Shown: positions 28,066 to 37,845 of the stretch, one piece after another
How the letters are laid out: each line of letters opens with the position of its first letter
Position numbering within the stretch: the first letter of the stretch is position 1
Source of the DNA: Polyangiales bacterium
GTDB taxonomy: Bacteria > Myxococcota_A > Polyangia > Polyangiales > Polyangiaceae
Reading direction: 5' to 3'
NCBI GenBank assembly: GCA_038230375.1
Contig: JBBRNJ010000026.1
Coordinates: 1 to 64,000 of the forward strand
DNA: 64,000 nt
The notes under the pieces: model-generated
Databases searched by the model: none
What the model was told of the DNA's origin: nothing
What the model saw: only the letters and a program-made list of their open reading frames with translations
Made by a program: the position numbers and the translations under genes

Positions 28066-29340
28066 ATGACGCCCTACGACGCGTTCGCGCAAGAGATCAT
28101 GCGCGACGGGATCATCACCGACCCGTGGCTCGACGGCGCGCCGCGGTTCCGCGAGGAGCCCATCATCCTGTCCGCGAAGGAGTACGCGGCGCTCGCGACG
28201 GCCGCGGAGCGGCTGGGGGGCGTGTACAACGAGCTCTGCACGATCGTGCGCGAAACTCCGGATTTACTCGACTCGTTCTTCGCGATGACGCCGTGGCAGA
28301 AGGCGATGTGGGGCGCGTCGCAGCCGCTGTGGCACGGTCTCGCGCGCGCGGATCTGTTCCTCACGGAGGACGGGATCGCGACCGCGGAGCTCAACTGCGA
28401 CACCCCCACGGGCGAGGCAGAGGCCATCGTCCTTGGTCGCATCGCGAAGGCCGCGCGCCCAGGCGATGCGCAGCTCCAGGATCCGAACGCGGAGCTGGGC
28501 GCGCGGTTTCTCGCGATGACGGACGCGCTGGCCGCACGAGAGCTGGGCTCCGCATCCGGCGACACGGGCGGAGATGAAAAGACGCGTCGCACGATCGGGC
28601 TGGTCTACCCCACGGAGTTCACGGAGGACCTGTCGCTGGTCCGGCTCTACAAGCGCTGGTTCGAGTCGCGCGGCGACCGCGTCGTGCTTGGCTCGCCGTT
28701 CAATCTCACGCGCGGAGAGGGCGGCTCGCTCCGCCTGTTCGACACGCCCATCGACGTGATGGTGCGCCACTACAAGACGGACTGGTGGGGCGAGCGCGTG
28801 TCTGCCTGGGACGACGAAGATCTCGCGGACGCAGAGCCGCTCGGCGGTCCGCTCGGAGCGACGCTGGAGGCGCAGCTCGAGCGGCGGGTGTCCATCGTGA
28901 ACCCGTTCGGCGCCGTGTTGCCGCAGAACAAGCGAAGCATGGCCTTCATGTGGGAGCACATCCACCGCTTCTCCAGCGAATCCGTCGCCGTGATCGAGAG
29001 GCACGTTCCCATCACGTCACGCTGCGAGTCGATGCACGGCGAGCAGCTCCGCGCGCAGAAGGACGAGTGGGTGCTGAAGAGCGACTACGGCGCCGAGGGC
29101 GACGAGGTGACGGTGGGCCGCGTGACGGACGCAGCGGAGTGGGCCGCATCGCTCGAGCACGCGCGCAAGGGCCACTGGATCGCGCAGCGCTACTTCTCGG
29201 CGAACACGGACGCAGCGGGCAACGCGACGAACTATGGCGTGTACCTGGTGGCGGGTCGCGCCGCGGGCATCTACGCGCGCGTGCAGGCAGGCCCCACCGA
29301 CGCAAGCGCGCTCAGCGTGCCGGTGCTCGTCCAAGCGTGA
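28066..29340 (+). CDS. Glutathionylspermidine synthase-like (YgiC/YjfC-type) ATP-grasp ligase
   Basis: ARADL, ELNCDTPTGEAE, HYKTDWW, QNKRSMAFMW, WVLKSDYGAEG, IAQRY; no amidase domain. Confidence 0.88.
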   Translation: MTPYDAFAQEIMRDGIITDPWLDGAPRFREEPIILSAKEYAALATAAERLGGVYNELCTIVRETPDLLDSFFAMTPWQKAMWGASQPLWHGLARADLFLTEDGIATAELNCDTPTGEAEAIVLGRIAKAARPGDAQLQDPNAELGARFLAMTDALAARELGSASGDTGGDEKTRRTIGLVYPTEFTEDLSLVRLYKRWFESRGDRVVLGSPFNLTRGEGGSLRLFDTPIDVMVRHYKTDWWGERVSAWDDEDLADAEPLGGPLGATLEAQLERRVSIVNPFGAVLPQNKRSMAFMWEHIHRFSSESVAVIERHVPITSRCESMHGEQLRAQKDEWVLKSDYGAEGDEVTVGRVTDAAEWAASLEHARKGHWIAQRYFSANTDAAGNATNYGVYLVAGRAAGIYARVQAGPTDASALSVPVLVQA

Positions 29341-29459
29341 ACAAGGCCTCGAAGGCTTCGCGACATCATGTGACGCATTCTAGGCGGCCTGGCGGACCAG
29401 GCATCTGCTTTCTTGCGCCCACCCTCGACGCGTCGTTCATGTGGCGATAGGACAGGCGC

Positions 29460-30545
29460 ATGTCGCTCGCTCACTACGTCACGCTTGGTCACTCGGGTCT
29501 TCGTGTCAGTCCGCTCTGCCTCGGGGCCATGACGTTTGGCAAGGAATGGGGATGGGGCTCGGAGCCCGAAGAGGCAAAGCGCATCATGGATGCCTTCATC
29601 GATCGCGGCGGCAACTTCATCGACACCGCGAACGGCTACACGAAGGGCCACTCCGAGGTGATCATCGGCGAGCACCTGGGATGCGATCGCAAGAAGCGCG
29701 ACCGCGTCGTCATCGCGACGAAGTTCGTGACCAACATGTTCCTGGGCGATCCGAACGGCGGTGGGTCGAACCGCAAGGCCATCATCAGCCAGTGCGAGGA
29801 GTCGCTGCGCCGCCTGCAGACGGACTACATCGATCTCTACTGGCTCCACGCGTGGGACAAGACCACGCCGATCGAGGAGACCATGCGGGCGCTCGACACG
29901 CTGGTGGAGCAGGGCAAGGTCCGCTACCTGGGATTCAGCGACACGCCTGCGTGGAAGGTGGCTCAGGCGCAGACCATGGCGCAGCTCCGGGCATGGTCTC
30001 CGCTCATCGCGTTGCAGATCGAGTACTCGCTGCTCCAGCGTACGGTGGAGGGCGAGCTGGTGCCCATGGCGCAGGAGCTTGGCCTGGGCATCACCCCGTG
30101 GGGCCCGCTGCGTGGCGGCGCGCTCTCCGGAAAGTACAAGCGCGCGGACAAGGGCAAGCACGAGGCGGGGCGAGGCGCGCGCGTCACCAGCTTCCTGGAC
30201 GATCGCACCTTCGACCTGCTCGACATCATGGAGGCCATCGCGAAGGAGCTGGGGACGACGGTCCCGCGCGTCGCGCTCTCATGGCTACAGAACCGGCCCG
30301 GCGTGACGTCCACGATCATCGGCGCGCGCACGATCGAGCAGCTCGACGACAACGTGGGCGCGCTGGAGGTGAAGCTGACGGCCGCGCAGGTGGCGTCGCT
30401 GGACAAGGCGAGCACGCCCACGCTCCCGTTCCCCACCGACATGCTCGGCATGATCCCCATGATCGCGTTCGGCGGCACGACCATCAACGGCCAGCCCTCA
30501 AAGGCGTGGACGCAGGCACCGCAGAACGAAAAAGAACGCTTCTGA
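29460..30545 (+). CDS. Aldo/keto reductase
   Basis: GLRVSPLCLGAMTFG, IDTANGY, IATK, SLRRLQTDYIDLYWLH, GKVRYLG. Confidence 0.95.
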   Translation: MSLAHYVTLGHSGLRVSPLCLGAMTFGKEWGWGSEPEEAKRIMDAFIDRGGNFIDTANGYTKGHSEVIIGEHLGCDRKKRDRVVIATKFVTNMFLGDPNGGGSNRKAIISQCEESLRRLQTDYIDLYWLHAWDKTTPIEETMRALDTLVEQGKVRYLGFSDTPAWKVAQAQTMAQLRAWSPLIALQIEYSLLQRTVEGELVPMAQELGLGITPWGPLRGGALSGKYKRADKGKHEAGRGARVTSFLDDRTFDLLDIMEAIAKELGTTVPRVALSWLQNRPGVTSTIIGARTIEQLDDNVGALEVKLTAAQVASLDKASTPTLPFPTDMLGMIPMIAFGGTTINGQPSKAWTQAPQNEKERF

Positions 30546-30612
30546 GCGGGTCGCGCGTTGACTTCGCCGCCGCCGGCTACCCACGCCAGCCGAGGGCCGC
30601 TAGAGTGCGACC

Positions 30613-31281
30613 ATGATGACGAGGAAGAGGGTGGGGCGTCTTCTCTGGATCTTCGGGCTGCCGATGTTCGCCGTGGCCGCGAGCGGGGAGCCATTCGTGC
30701 GGGATGCTCTCGCAGAGTCACCGCCTGTGATGCCGATCACGGTCGTTCACCCGATCGATACGTTGACCGCGCGGCAGCGGAAGCTCTCGCTCGGACTTGC
30801 TGTCGATCGGCGCGCCAAGCTCGAAGCAGCGGCGCGCGATCTCATCGCACGGGTCGATCGGCCGGTGGCGCGCAACATCCGTGCGAAGACTCCGCTCGAG
30901 CACGCGCGCGATGTGGTGGCGTCGCCTACGTACGCGCTTCTTGGGTCGATGGCCAACGCAGACATCGAATCGCTCGCGTTGCTCGTGCTGATGGAGGCGT
31001 CGAAGGCCACACAGGACGACCTGGCGAACATCATAGTTGGCGCCAAGGCCATCAACAACCAGAAGCAGAAGCTCCGCGAGCTCATCGATCAGGCACGAGC
31101 TCACGCCAATGCTCAGAACCCCGATGCGGGCAAGGACGACTCCCTGAACGAGCTCTCCGAGCTCCAGAGGATGCGCATGGCGATCTACCTGAGTCGTCAG
31201 TCCAAGTTCGAGGAAACGCTCTCCAACGTGCTGAAAAAAAACAGCGACGCGCAGGAGACCGTGATCGGAAACATGAAGTAG
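30613..31281 (+). CDS. Exported helical protein with an EspA/SseB/Bsp22-like C-terminal coiled coil
   Basis: Signal-peptide-like N-terminus; DSLNELSELQRMRM...ETLSNVLKK.SD.Q..VIGNMK terminus; TAGAGT 6 nt before the ATG. Confidence 0.7.
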   Translation: MMTRKRVGRLLWIFGLPMFAVAASGEPFVRDALAESPPVMPITVVHPIDTLTARQRKLSLGLAVDRRAKLEAAARDLIARVDRPVARNIRAKTPLEHARDVVASPTYALLGSMANADIESLALLVLMEASKATQDDLANIIVGAKAINNQKQKLRELIDQARAHANAQNPDAGKDDSLNELSELQRMRMAIYLSRQSKFEETLSNVLKKNSDAQETVIGNMK

Positions 31282-31287
31282 ACGCGG

Positions 31288-32037
31288 TCACGCACCGGGG
31301 GGCGACTCGGGCGAGGGTTGCACGTGATCGAGCACCCTTCGTACCGCTTCTGCGACTGCAGTCCCGGAGAACGGCTTTTCCAAAACGGCGAAGCTCGAGA
31401 CAGCGGCGGTGCCTAGCGATGCGTGGTCACGATCACCCGTGGCAAACAGTACCTGGAGCCGAGGGCGCACCCGCGTGAGGGAATGCGCGAGCTCGGGCCC
31501 CGACACGCCCGGCATCGTGACGTCCGTGAGCAGCAGGTGGATCTCGCCAGGATGTGCGGCTGCCGCTGCGAGCGCCGCAGGCCCGCCGTCCGCGACCAGC
31601 ACCTGATATCCGAGGCGCGCCAGGAAGCGACAGACCACGCGACGAACCCCGCTGTCGTCGTCGACGACGAGGATGGTCTCCGTTCCCCCGACCTCCGAGC
31701 GACGCGTGGGTGGAGGCAAGGAGGGGGCTGGTGGTCGCGGCGTTGACGCTACTCGCTGCGACACCGGCGTAGGCGCAGCGCGCCCGAACGCGACGACGCC
31801 CATGTTGCCGAGGAACCCGAAGCACGCGCGTACATGCTCTGGTTCGAGCCCGGCCGCCTGCGCGATCTCGACGATGGAGGAGCTCCCGTCAACGCCAGCA
31901 ATCAGGCGCACGATCAGCGGATCGACGACGCCCGCGAGGAGCCCGTCATCGAGCACGAGCGGCACGTCTGTCACCTGCACGTGTCTGACGGACAAGGTTT
32001 CCCTTCCGCCATCCGGCAGCGGCCTTACGCCCGACAT
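31288..32037 (-). CDS. Response regulator receiver protein with an N-terminal HTH-like domain
   Basis: TILVVDDD, LLLTDVTMPG, LFATG, LEKPF; N-terminal VDGSSSIVEIAQAAGL. Confidence 0.85.
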   Translation of the reverse strand: MSGVRPLPDGGRETLSVRHVQVTDVPLVLDDGLLAGVVDPLIVRLIAGVDGSSSIVEIAQAAGLEPEHVRACFGFLGNMGVVAFGRAAPTPVSQRVASTPRPPAPSLPPPTRRSEVGGTETILVVDDDSGVRRVVCRFLARLGYQVLVADGGPAALAAAAAHPGEIHLLLTDVTMPGVSGPELAHSLTRVRPRLQVLFATGDRDHASLGTAAVSSFAVLEKPFSGTAVAEAVRRVLDHVQPSPESPPGA

Positions 32038-32328
32038 TTTTTCCTGATACGGCGCCTCCAACGGGCCTGCACTTCCAGGTAGGGCGCCCCGTCCTCGCTC
32101 TGTCATGGCTGCTTTCCCCACTCCACGCCGTCTTGTCTGTCGAGCATCGATGATGGCTCCCACGCACGCTGCATGCCATCATCGAATTCCCAGAATTTCA
32201 CGGTCTGGGCGCAACTGGAACGCCACGCTGTGGCCAACTTGTCCCTCGCGCGTCCAATCTGGACGCGGATGGTTCTCGACGAACGCATTCGACCCAGCTC
32301 GAGCGCGGATGGCCGGTAGACTCATTCG

Positions 32329-33600
32329 ATGTCGTTCTCCGTTCGCGTCCATGCGCAGCTGCTGCTGGCGGTCACCTCCGCGATCTCGGCATGCAACAAG
32401 CAGCCGGCCCCAGCAGATGCGGCCGTCTCGTCCCCCATGCCCGCGGCTACCACCACGGAGCCGACCGCGCCTTCCGCCAGCGTGCCCCCCGCGGAGAGTG
32501 CACGGCCCGAGCAGCATGATGCAGGCCCCGGTGATGCAGGCACGAAGCCGGCGAGCCGCGGGCTCGTCTGCGCCCAGTACTCAACGCCCGATCACGTGTG
32601 CGTCACGCCGCGCACGCCTCCGCCGACGGGAGACATGCGCGGCATCCACGAGGAGCGCACGTTCTCCGAGTACGACGCGAACGGCTGCTACGCAGCCAGC
32701 GCACTCATAGGGACGTGCACAGGCGTCAAGACCGCCGCGGGGCCGGTGCGGGCCGGTGGCAAGTGCTGTTACGACGTGTGTCGGGTACCCGTTCCGTGCG
32801 GCCGTCCGATCGTCGTCGACGGACATCTGCGGCTGGCGAAGGTGAAGCAGCGCGATGACTGGAGCGGGCCTGCGATCGGGCTCGATGTGGACAGCGCGCT
32901 TCGCCAGCACGCGGCGGACGCATGGCTGTATGATGCACGGATGGAGCACGCGTCGGTGGCGTCCTTCGCGCGGCTGTCACTCGAGCTCATGGCGGTGGGC
33001 GCACCGAGCGCGCTGGTGGAGGCCGCGCATCGAGCTGCCCTTCAGGAGATCGACCACGCGCGTACGTGCTTTGCGATCGCCGCAGAGCTCTCGCATGGCG
33101 GCACCATTGGGCCTTCCGAGCTCCCCATGGACGGCGTTCGCCTGCGCAGCGACCTGCGCGAGATCGCGCTCGAGGCCGCCACGCAGTCCTGCGTGGGAGA
33201 GACCGTTGCGGCCCTCGCGCTGGCTCGCGCCTCGGAGTCGTGCGCCTCGGAGGGCCTGCGGGCGCGGCTCGCCGCGATGGCGGAGGACGAGCTCTCGCAT
33301 GCGGCGCTTGGTTTCCGGATCGTCGCATGGTCGATCGCGCAGCTCGGTCCACGCGCAGGCGAAGAGATCTTGGAGCGGCTCCGTGTATCCATGCATGATG
33401 CACCCATCTCCTCCGCCGATGGAGGCGCGGACGCGTGGCGTGCGCTCGGGCGCCTGACGCGCGAGGACCTTCGGGCCGTGGAGCGTGATGCATGTGGGAT
33501 CGTTGCTGCGGCCGAGAAGGAGCTGCGGGTGGCGCTCCGCCCGCCGACGATACAAGCAGTCCCGTTCATCGATTCATCACCAGGAGCGGGGCAGCGGTGA
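32329..33600 (+). CDS. Myxobacterial ferritin-like domain lipoprotein
   Basis: Lipobox (ISAC), CCY..CGRP, EHASVASF, EIDH, CVGET and DELSH di-metal motifs. Confidence 0.82.
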   Translation: MSFSVRVHAQLLLAVTSAISACNKQPAPADAAVSSPMPAATTTEPTAPSASVPPAESARPEQHDAGPGDAGTKPASRGLVCAQYSTPDHVCVTPRTPPPTGDMRGIHEERTFSEYDANGCYAASALIGTCTGVKTAAGPVRAGGKCCYDVCRVPVPCGRPIVVDGHLRLAKVKQRDDWSGPAIGLDVDSALRQHAADAWLYDARMEHASVASFARLSLELMAVGAPSALVEAAHRAALQEIDHARTCFAIAAELSHGGTIGPSELPMDGVRLRSDLREIALEAATQSCVGETVAALALARASESCASEGLRARLAAMAEDELSHAALGFRIVAWSIAQLGPRAGEEILERLRVSMHDAPISSADGGADAWRALGRLTREDLRAVERDACGIVAAAEKELRVALRPPTIQAVPFIDSSPGAGQR

Positions 33601-33639
33601 GCTCGAACGATGCCACACTCGGGATGACCTGAATTTTCC

Positions 33640-34581
33640 ATGCGTTCAGACGACAGAGCCACATCGGCACAGGTGCGCATCTCGCGTGGCTTCTACTTCG
33701 TGTGTACGTGCGCGCTCGGCGCGATGCTCCTGCTCGTCGTGGCGTGCAGCGCATCCGTCCGCGTGGGTGACGTCGTCGCAGCGAACGACGCGGCCGACGC
33801 GGGGACGGCGGTGGACTCGAGCGAGCCCGACACGAGCATCGCGGTTGTTGACGCCAGCGTGGACGCGACTGGCGCTGTGGCCAACGTCGCGGGTCTCACG
33901 ATGTGGCTCGATGGCGATCGCGGTGTGAACCGCCTGTCGGACGGCGGTCTGCTCTGGTCCGATCAGTCGGGGCACGGAAACGTTGCGATCGCACCACGCG
34001 CGGTCCCGCCTTCGACCACCGTTGGGTTCGCCGGACATTCCGCGCTCGCGTTCAACAGCACGCAGCTGCTGACCGTGGCTGACGCGCCCAGCCTTCAGTG
34101 CGCGGCTGACTTCACCGTGATCGTCGTTGCGCGTTCGACCACCCCGTCATCCGAGTATGGCGCTCTGCTCGGAAAATCGGCCAAGCCGTATCCGTTTCCG
34201 GGCCAGGCGATGTTCGTCAACTACCCACCGCTTTCAGGTGCCCCCACGTCCACGGTGGGCGCGCAGCTGGACTTCACGACCTTCGTGGAGTCATCCGACA
34301 TGGGCGTCAGCGACGGCATCGCCCGCGTCTACGAGATGCAGCGGACCGGCACGCTGCTGAGCATACGCGTCAACTCCGGCGCCAGGGTGAGCGCCACCGT
34401 CCCCGTCGTGGATGTCAGGTCCGTGGGCGCGTTCATCTACATCGGCGGCAATCTCGCGGCCTCCGTCGTCCAGGGGCTCACGGGCGCGATCGCCGAGGTG
34501 CTGTTCGTGAACGGTACTGTCGCCGATGCGGATTACATCACGATGCATACCTACCTCACGGCAAAGTACGCCATCCCATAG
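33640..34581 (+). CDS. LamG/concanavalin A-like domain lipoprotein
   Basis: LTMWLDGD, WSDQSGHGN, FTVIVV, GAIAEVL, YLTAKYAI. Confidence 0.8.
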   Translation: MRSDDRATSAQVRISRGFYFVCTCALGAMLLLVVACSASVRVGDVVAANDAADAGTAVDSSEPDTSIAVVDASVDATGAVANVAGLTMWLDGDRGVNRLSDGGLLWSDQSGHGNVAIAPRAVPPSTTVGFAGHSALAFNSTQLLTVADAPSLQCAADFTVIVVARSTTPSSEYGALLGKSAKPYPFPGQAMFVNYPPLSGAPTSTVGAQLDFTTFVESSDMGVSDGIARVYEMQRTGTLLSIRVNSGARVSATVPVVDVRSVGAFIYIGGNLAASVVQGLTGAIAEVLFVNGTVADADYITMHTYLTAKYAIP

Positions 34582-34584
34582 AAC

Positions 34585-35280
34585 TCAAGGGCCGCTGAGA
34601 CAGAGCTCTGTCAATGTTCCGACCAGCGCGATCTGGCCGAAGCCCTTCTCGCAGGGGTTCCCGGCGACGGTGCCCAGCGGCGGCAAGACACCAAAGTTGG
34701 TGAGCGAGCTCGCCGTGCCGCTCGGTACGCCATCGATCGTGATGGTGATCACGCGGTCCACGCGGGAGACGTCGATCGCGTGGAGGACGCCGTCGTTCAC
34801 CTTCTGTGCGGAGGTCATTGCAGTGTAGTGCATTCCGCTGTTGTCGGTCTCGACGCCCAGTGTTCCGTTCGGCATGACGTGGATGTCCCAGAACTCGCTA
34901 TGGGCACACACGCCGCGTTGGTACACGAGCGTGGTGAGGCCGGTCGTCGTCGTCTGCAGCTTGAACGTCACATGAAAATCCGCGGTGCCCACGCCCGTGA
35001 ACTCCGTGATGCAAACCCGCGCCGCGTCCGCATCCACGCCACCGTCGCTCGGTGCGCCGTCGGCCGCGCTGGCCTCGTAGGCCCCAGCATCCACAAAGGA
35101 CCACCCGTCTGGCGCGGCATCGTCGGCGGTGGTCTGGAGCGGTGCAGCGTCGCCAGCGTCTCCGATCTCGGTCGCAGCGCCGACGGCACCGCAGCCTACG
35201 ACACCGCAGACCATCACGCTCGCCGCGGCCACAAACGCGACCGGACCGTGAAACGGTTTCTTGCGCCATCCCATCGACAT
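34585..35280 (-). CDS. Laminin G/LamG-like domain lipoprotein
   Basis: Lipobox (VVGC), DAG linker, VNDGVLHAIDVSR..ITITIDG. Confidence 0.75.
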   Translation of the reverse strand: MSMGWRKKPFHGPVAFVAAASVMVCGVVGCGAVGAATEIGDAGDAAPLQTTADDAAPDGWSFVDAGAYEASAADGAPSDGGVDADAARVCITEFTGVGTADFHVTFKLQTTTTGLTTLVYQRGVCAHSEFWDIHVMPNGTLGVETDNSGMHYTAMTSAQKVNDGVLHAIDVSRVDRVITITIDGVPSGTASSLTNFGVLPPLGTVAGNPCEKGFGQIALVGTLTELCLSGP

Positions 35281-35320
35281 CACGTTAGCGCGCCCCAGAG
35301 GACCTCGGGTGGCGAGAACG

Positions 35321-36163
35321 TCACGATGCGCAAGCTGCCTCCCGGAGGCGAACCTGTGCTCCGCTCGGCGGCGCACACCTGGTCTCGACGACGAGCGGCG
35401 CGAGCATGCGACGGCTGACCGATGCGTGAGGCAGCTCGCCAAGCGCGCACGTCCCCAGGAGCAGGCGGCTCTGGCGACACGTGCTCGCGATCACCGAGAA
35501 AAGAAGCAGTGTTTGCACGTCCGCCCGCTCCAGATGCTCGAGCACGAACACCGAGTGGTCGGCGCATTCTTCCAGGAAGAACGCGAGGGCAAGCGCGGTG
35601 ATGTCGCTCTCGCTGCAATCGTACGCGAGCGCTCCGCCCAGCGGGCGTCCATTCACGAGGAGCCGCGGACGGTCCGCGGCGACGCGAGCAAGCAGCCCCC
35701 GGATCGCCGAGAGCGGCGGCGAGCCCGTCACCGGGAACCGCAGCACGCTCCTGCCGTTGTCTGCGAGCAAGCGGACATGTTCGTCCAGTGTGCTGGAGTC
35801 GTCCGTATGCATGACGAACCCGTTCGTGCGGTCCGAGAGCGCGCTCCACATCGGCCACTCCGCGTTCTCCGTCACGCGCTCGACAAATCGGTACCCGCGT
35901 CCCCGGATGCTCACAACGACGCTGCCGGTGTCCCCGAGCGCGTCACGCAGGTTGGCGACCGCCTGCACCAGCGCGTTGTTGGTGACGCGGACACCAGGCC
36001 AGAGGTGCATCATGAGCTCCGATCGCGTCAGCACACGGCCCCGATGTGCCAGCAGCACCATCAGCAGGTCGAGCGGCTTTGGCTGGATCGGCACGAGCAC
36101 CCCGCTCTTTCGCAGCTCGAAGAGTTGGGTATCGACCGCGAATTCTTGGAAGGTGTAGCGCAT
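35321..36163 (-). CDS. OmpR/CadC-type winged-helix protein with a degenerate STAND-ATPase-like remnant
   Basis: ELRKSG..IQPKPLDLL..LW..NALVQAVANLRDALGD..IRGRGYRF; later VFVLEHLERAD (Walker-B-like) with no Walker A. Confidence 0.75.
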   Translation of the reverse strand: MRYTFQEFAVDTQLFELRKSGVLVPIQPKPLDLLMVLLAHRGRVLTRSELMMHLWPGVRVTNNALVQAVANLRDALGDTGSVVVSIRGRGYRFVERVTENAEWPMWSALSDRTNGFVMHTDDSSTLDEHVRLLADNGRSVLRFPVTGSPPLSAIRGLLARVAADRPRLLVNGRPLGGALAYDCSESDITALALAFFLEECADHSVFVLEHLERADVQTLLLFSVIASTCRQSRLLLGTCALGELPHASVSRRMLAPLVVETRCAPPSGAQVRLREAACAS

Positions 36164-36379
36164 TGTCCCAACGGGCCAATTGTTGGACGGGGCTGACCCG
36201 ATCACGAAATCGACGTTCAAATCGTGGCCTCCCCCTCCTCTCTCATCGATCGTTCACAAACGGTGAGGGCGTGCGCGAGCCTTCACGACACTGGACCCAA
36301 GCCTTCCGACAAGAAAGTGTGATCGATCGGTTCTTTTTTCGTGATCGCGGGGGGGCCCGGCCGACAATGTGGAGAACCC

Positions 36380-36967
36380 GTGCTCTCGCTCGCCGCCGCC
36401 AAATCCCTTACCGCCCCCAGCGCGGAGCCCGCCGATGGCAAGGACTCCTCACGGGAGCGCTTCGAGCGTATCGCCGTTGCGCACTATGACTTCGTCTGGC
36501 GGGTGGTTCGTCGCTTCGGCCTGCCACCATCGGCTGCGGACGACGTGACCCAGCAGGTGTTCCTTGTTGCGTCGCGGCGCGTGGCCGACATCGAGGAGGG
36601 CGCAGAAAAGGGGTTCCTCTATCGCGCCGCGGTCCTCATTGCGATGGACTCGCAGCGGAAGCATACGCGGCTGCGGGAGGCGTCTGGGGACGCGGCTGGA
36701 GAGACCGTGGATCCCGCGCTCGGTCCCGACGAGCTGGTCGATCGGCGACGCGCGCAGGCCATGCTCGTGGAAGCGATCGCTCAGCTTGATGAGGACGTTC
36801 GCGAGGTCTTTGCGCTCTTCGAGCTGGAGGGGATGCCGGTCGCCGAGATCGCCGAGATCGTCAAGATCCCGGAGGGCACCTGCTCGTCGCGGTTGAGGCG
36901 CGCGCGCGAACAGTTCATGAGCGCGGTCGCCCGTCTGAAGGCGCGCGGAAAGCGGAGGGCACCATGA
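36380..36967 (+). CDS. ECF RNA polymerase sigma-70 factor
   Basis: FVWRVVRRFG, DDVTQQVF, FALFELEGM..EIA..PEGTCSSRLRRARE; GGAGA RBS. Confidence 0.92.
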   Translation: MLSLAAAKSLTAPSAEPADGKDSSRERFERIAVAHYDFVWRVVRRFGLPPSAADDVTQQVFLVASRRVADIEEGAEKGFLYRAAVLIAMDSQRKHTRLREASGDAAGETVDPALGPDELVDRRRAQAMLVEAIAQLDEDVREVFALFELEGMPVAEIAEIVKIPEGTCSSRLRRAREQFMSAVARLKARGKRRAP

Positions 36968-37845
36968 CGGAGCGTGACCCGATGGTGCGACTCGTTCTTC
37001 AAGACGACTGCGACGACTTCGCACGGGAGCTTCTCCGCTCGATGGATCGTGAAGCGCCGCGCGCTGACACGCGCCGGAAGAACCTCGCGGCGCTGGGCAT
37101 CGGAGGTGCAGCGACCACGGGTGTGGGTGGTGGCGTTGCGACCAAGGCGGTGGCCAGCGGCACGGCGTGGCTGTCGAAGAAGGTCGTTTTCCTCGGCCTC
37201 TTCGCGCTCGGATCCGCAGGCGCGATCGCGGTCGCGCCCTCCAGGTCGCCCGCTCCCGTGGAGCTCGCATCGCAGGCGACGGTGGAGACCGCACAGCCAG
37301 CGGCCGCCACCATCCAGCACGCTGTCGGTCGCGCGGCGCCGGCTCCTCTGGAGACCTCGCAGGCCGCGCCCGCTCCTCTGGAGACCGCGCAGGCCGCTCC
37401 TCTGGAGACTGCGCAGGCCGCTCGTCTGGAGGGTACGCAGCCCGAGCGGACGCAAGTCGCCCTCACGAGGGCCCCCGCCGCGCGCCCCGCCGCGCCCCCC
37501 GCCGCGGACCCTGCAACACCGCCTGCCGCTCCTGCAGCACCGCCTGCCGCCGTGAAGGCCACGCTCACCGACGAAGTCACCAGTCTCGAACAGGCGCGCG
37601 CAGCCGTCGCTCGCGGAGATCACGCGACCGCCCTCGTACTGCTCGATCGCTACGACGCCGCGCAGTCGCAGCACGCGCTCGCGCAGGAGGCGCTCATGCT
37701 CCGCATCGAAGCACTGGTCGCGCTGGGCAGGAAGGACGAGGCGGTGATCCTTGCACGCCGGCTCCTCGTCGCGAGCTCGGGCCCCGCGTACGAGAGCCGC
37801 ATTCGCACACTCCTCGGTACGAGCATGGGTGCAAGCCTGCCGTGA
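36964..37845 (+). CDS. Putative anti-sigma factor: TM, Pro/Ala linker, C-terminal TPR-like domain
   Basis: ATGA-coupled to the sigma gene; LTDEVTSLEQARAA..LDRY..EALMLRIEAL; internal APLETAQA repeats. Confidence 0.75.
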   Translation: MTERDPMVRLVLQDDCDDFARELLRSMDREAPRADTRRKNLAALGIGGAATTGVGGGVATKAVASGTAWLSKKVVFLGLFALGSAGAIAVAPSRSPAPVELASQATVETAQPAAATIQHAVGRAAPAPLETSQAAPAPLETAQAAPLETAQAARLEGTQPERTQVALTRAPAARPAAPPAADPATPPAAPAAPPAAVKATLTDEVTSLEQARAAVARGDHATALVLLDRYDAAQSQHALAQEALMLRIEALVALGRKDEAVILARRLLVASSGPAYESRIRTLLGTSMGASLP

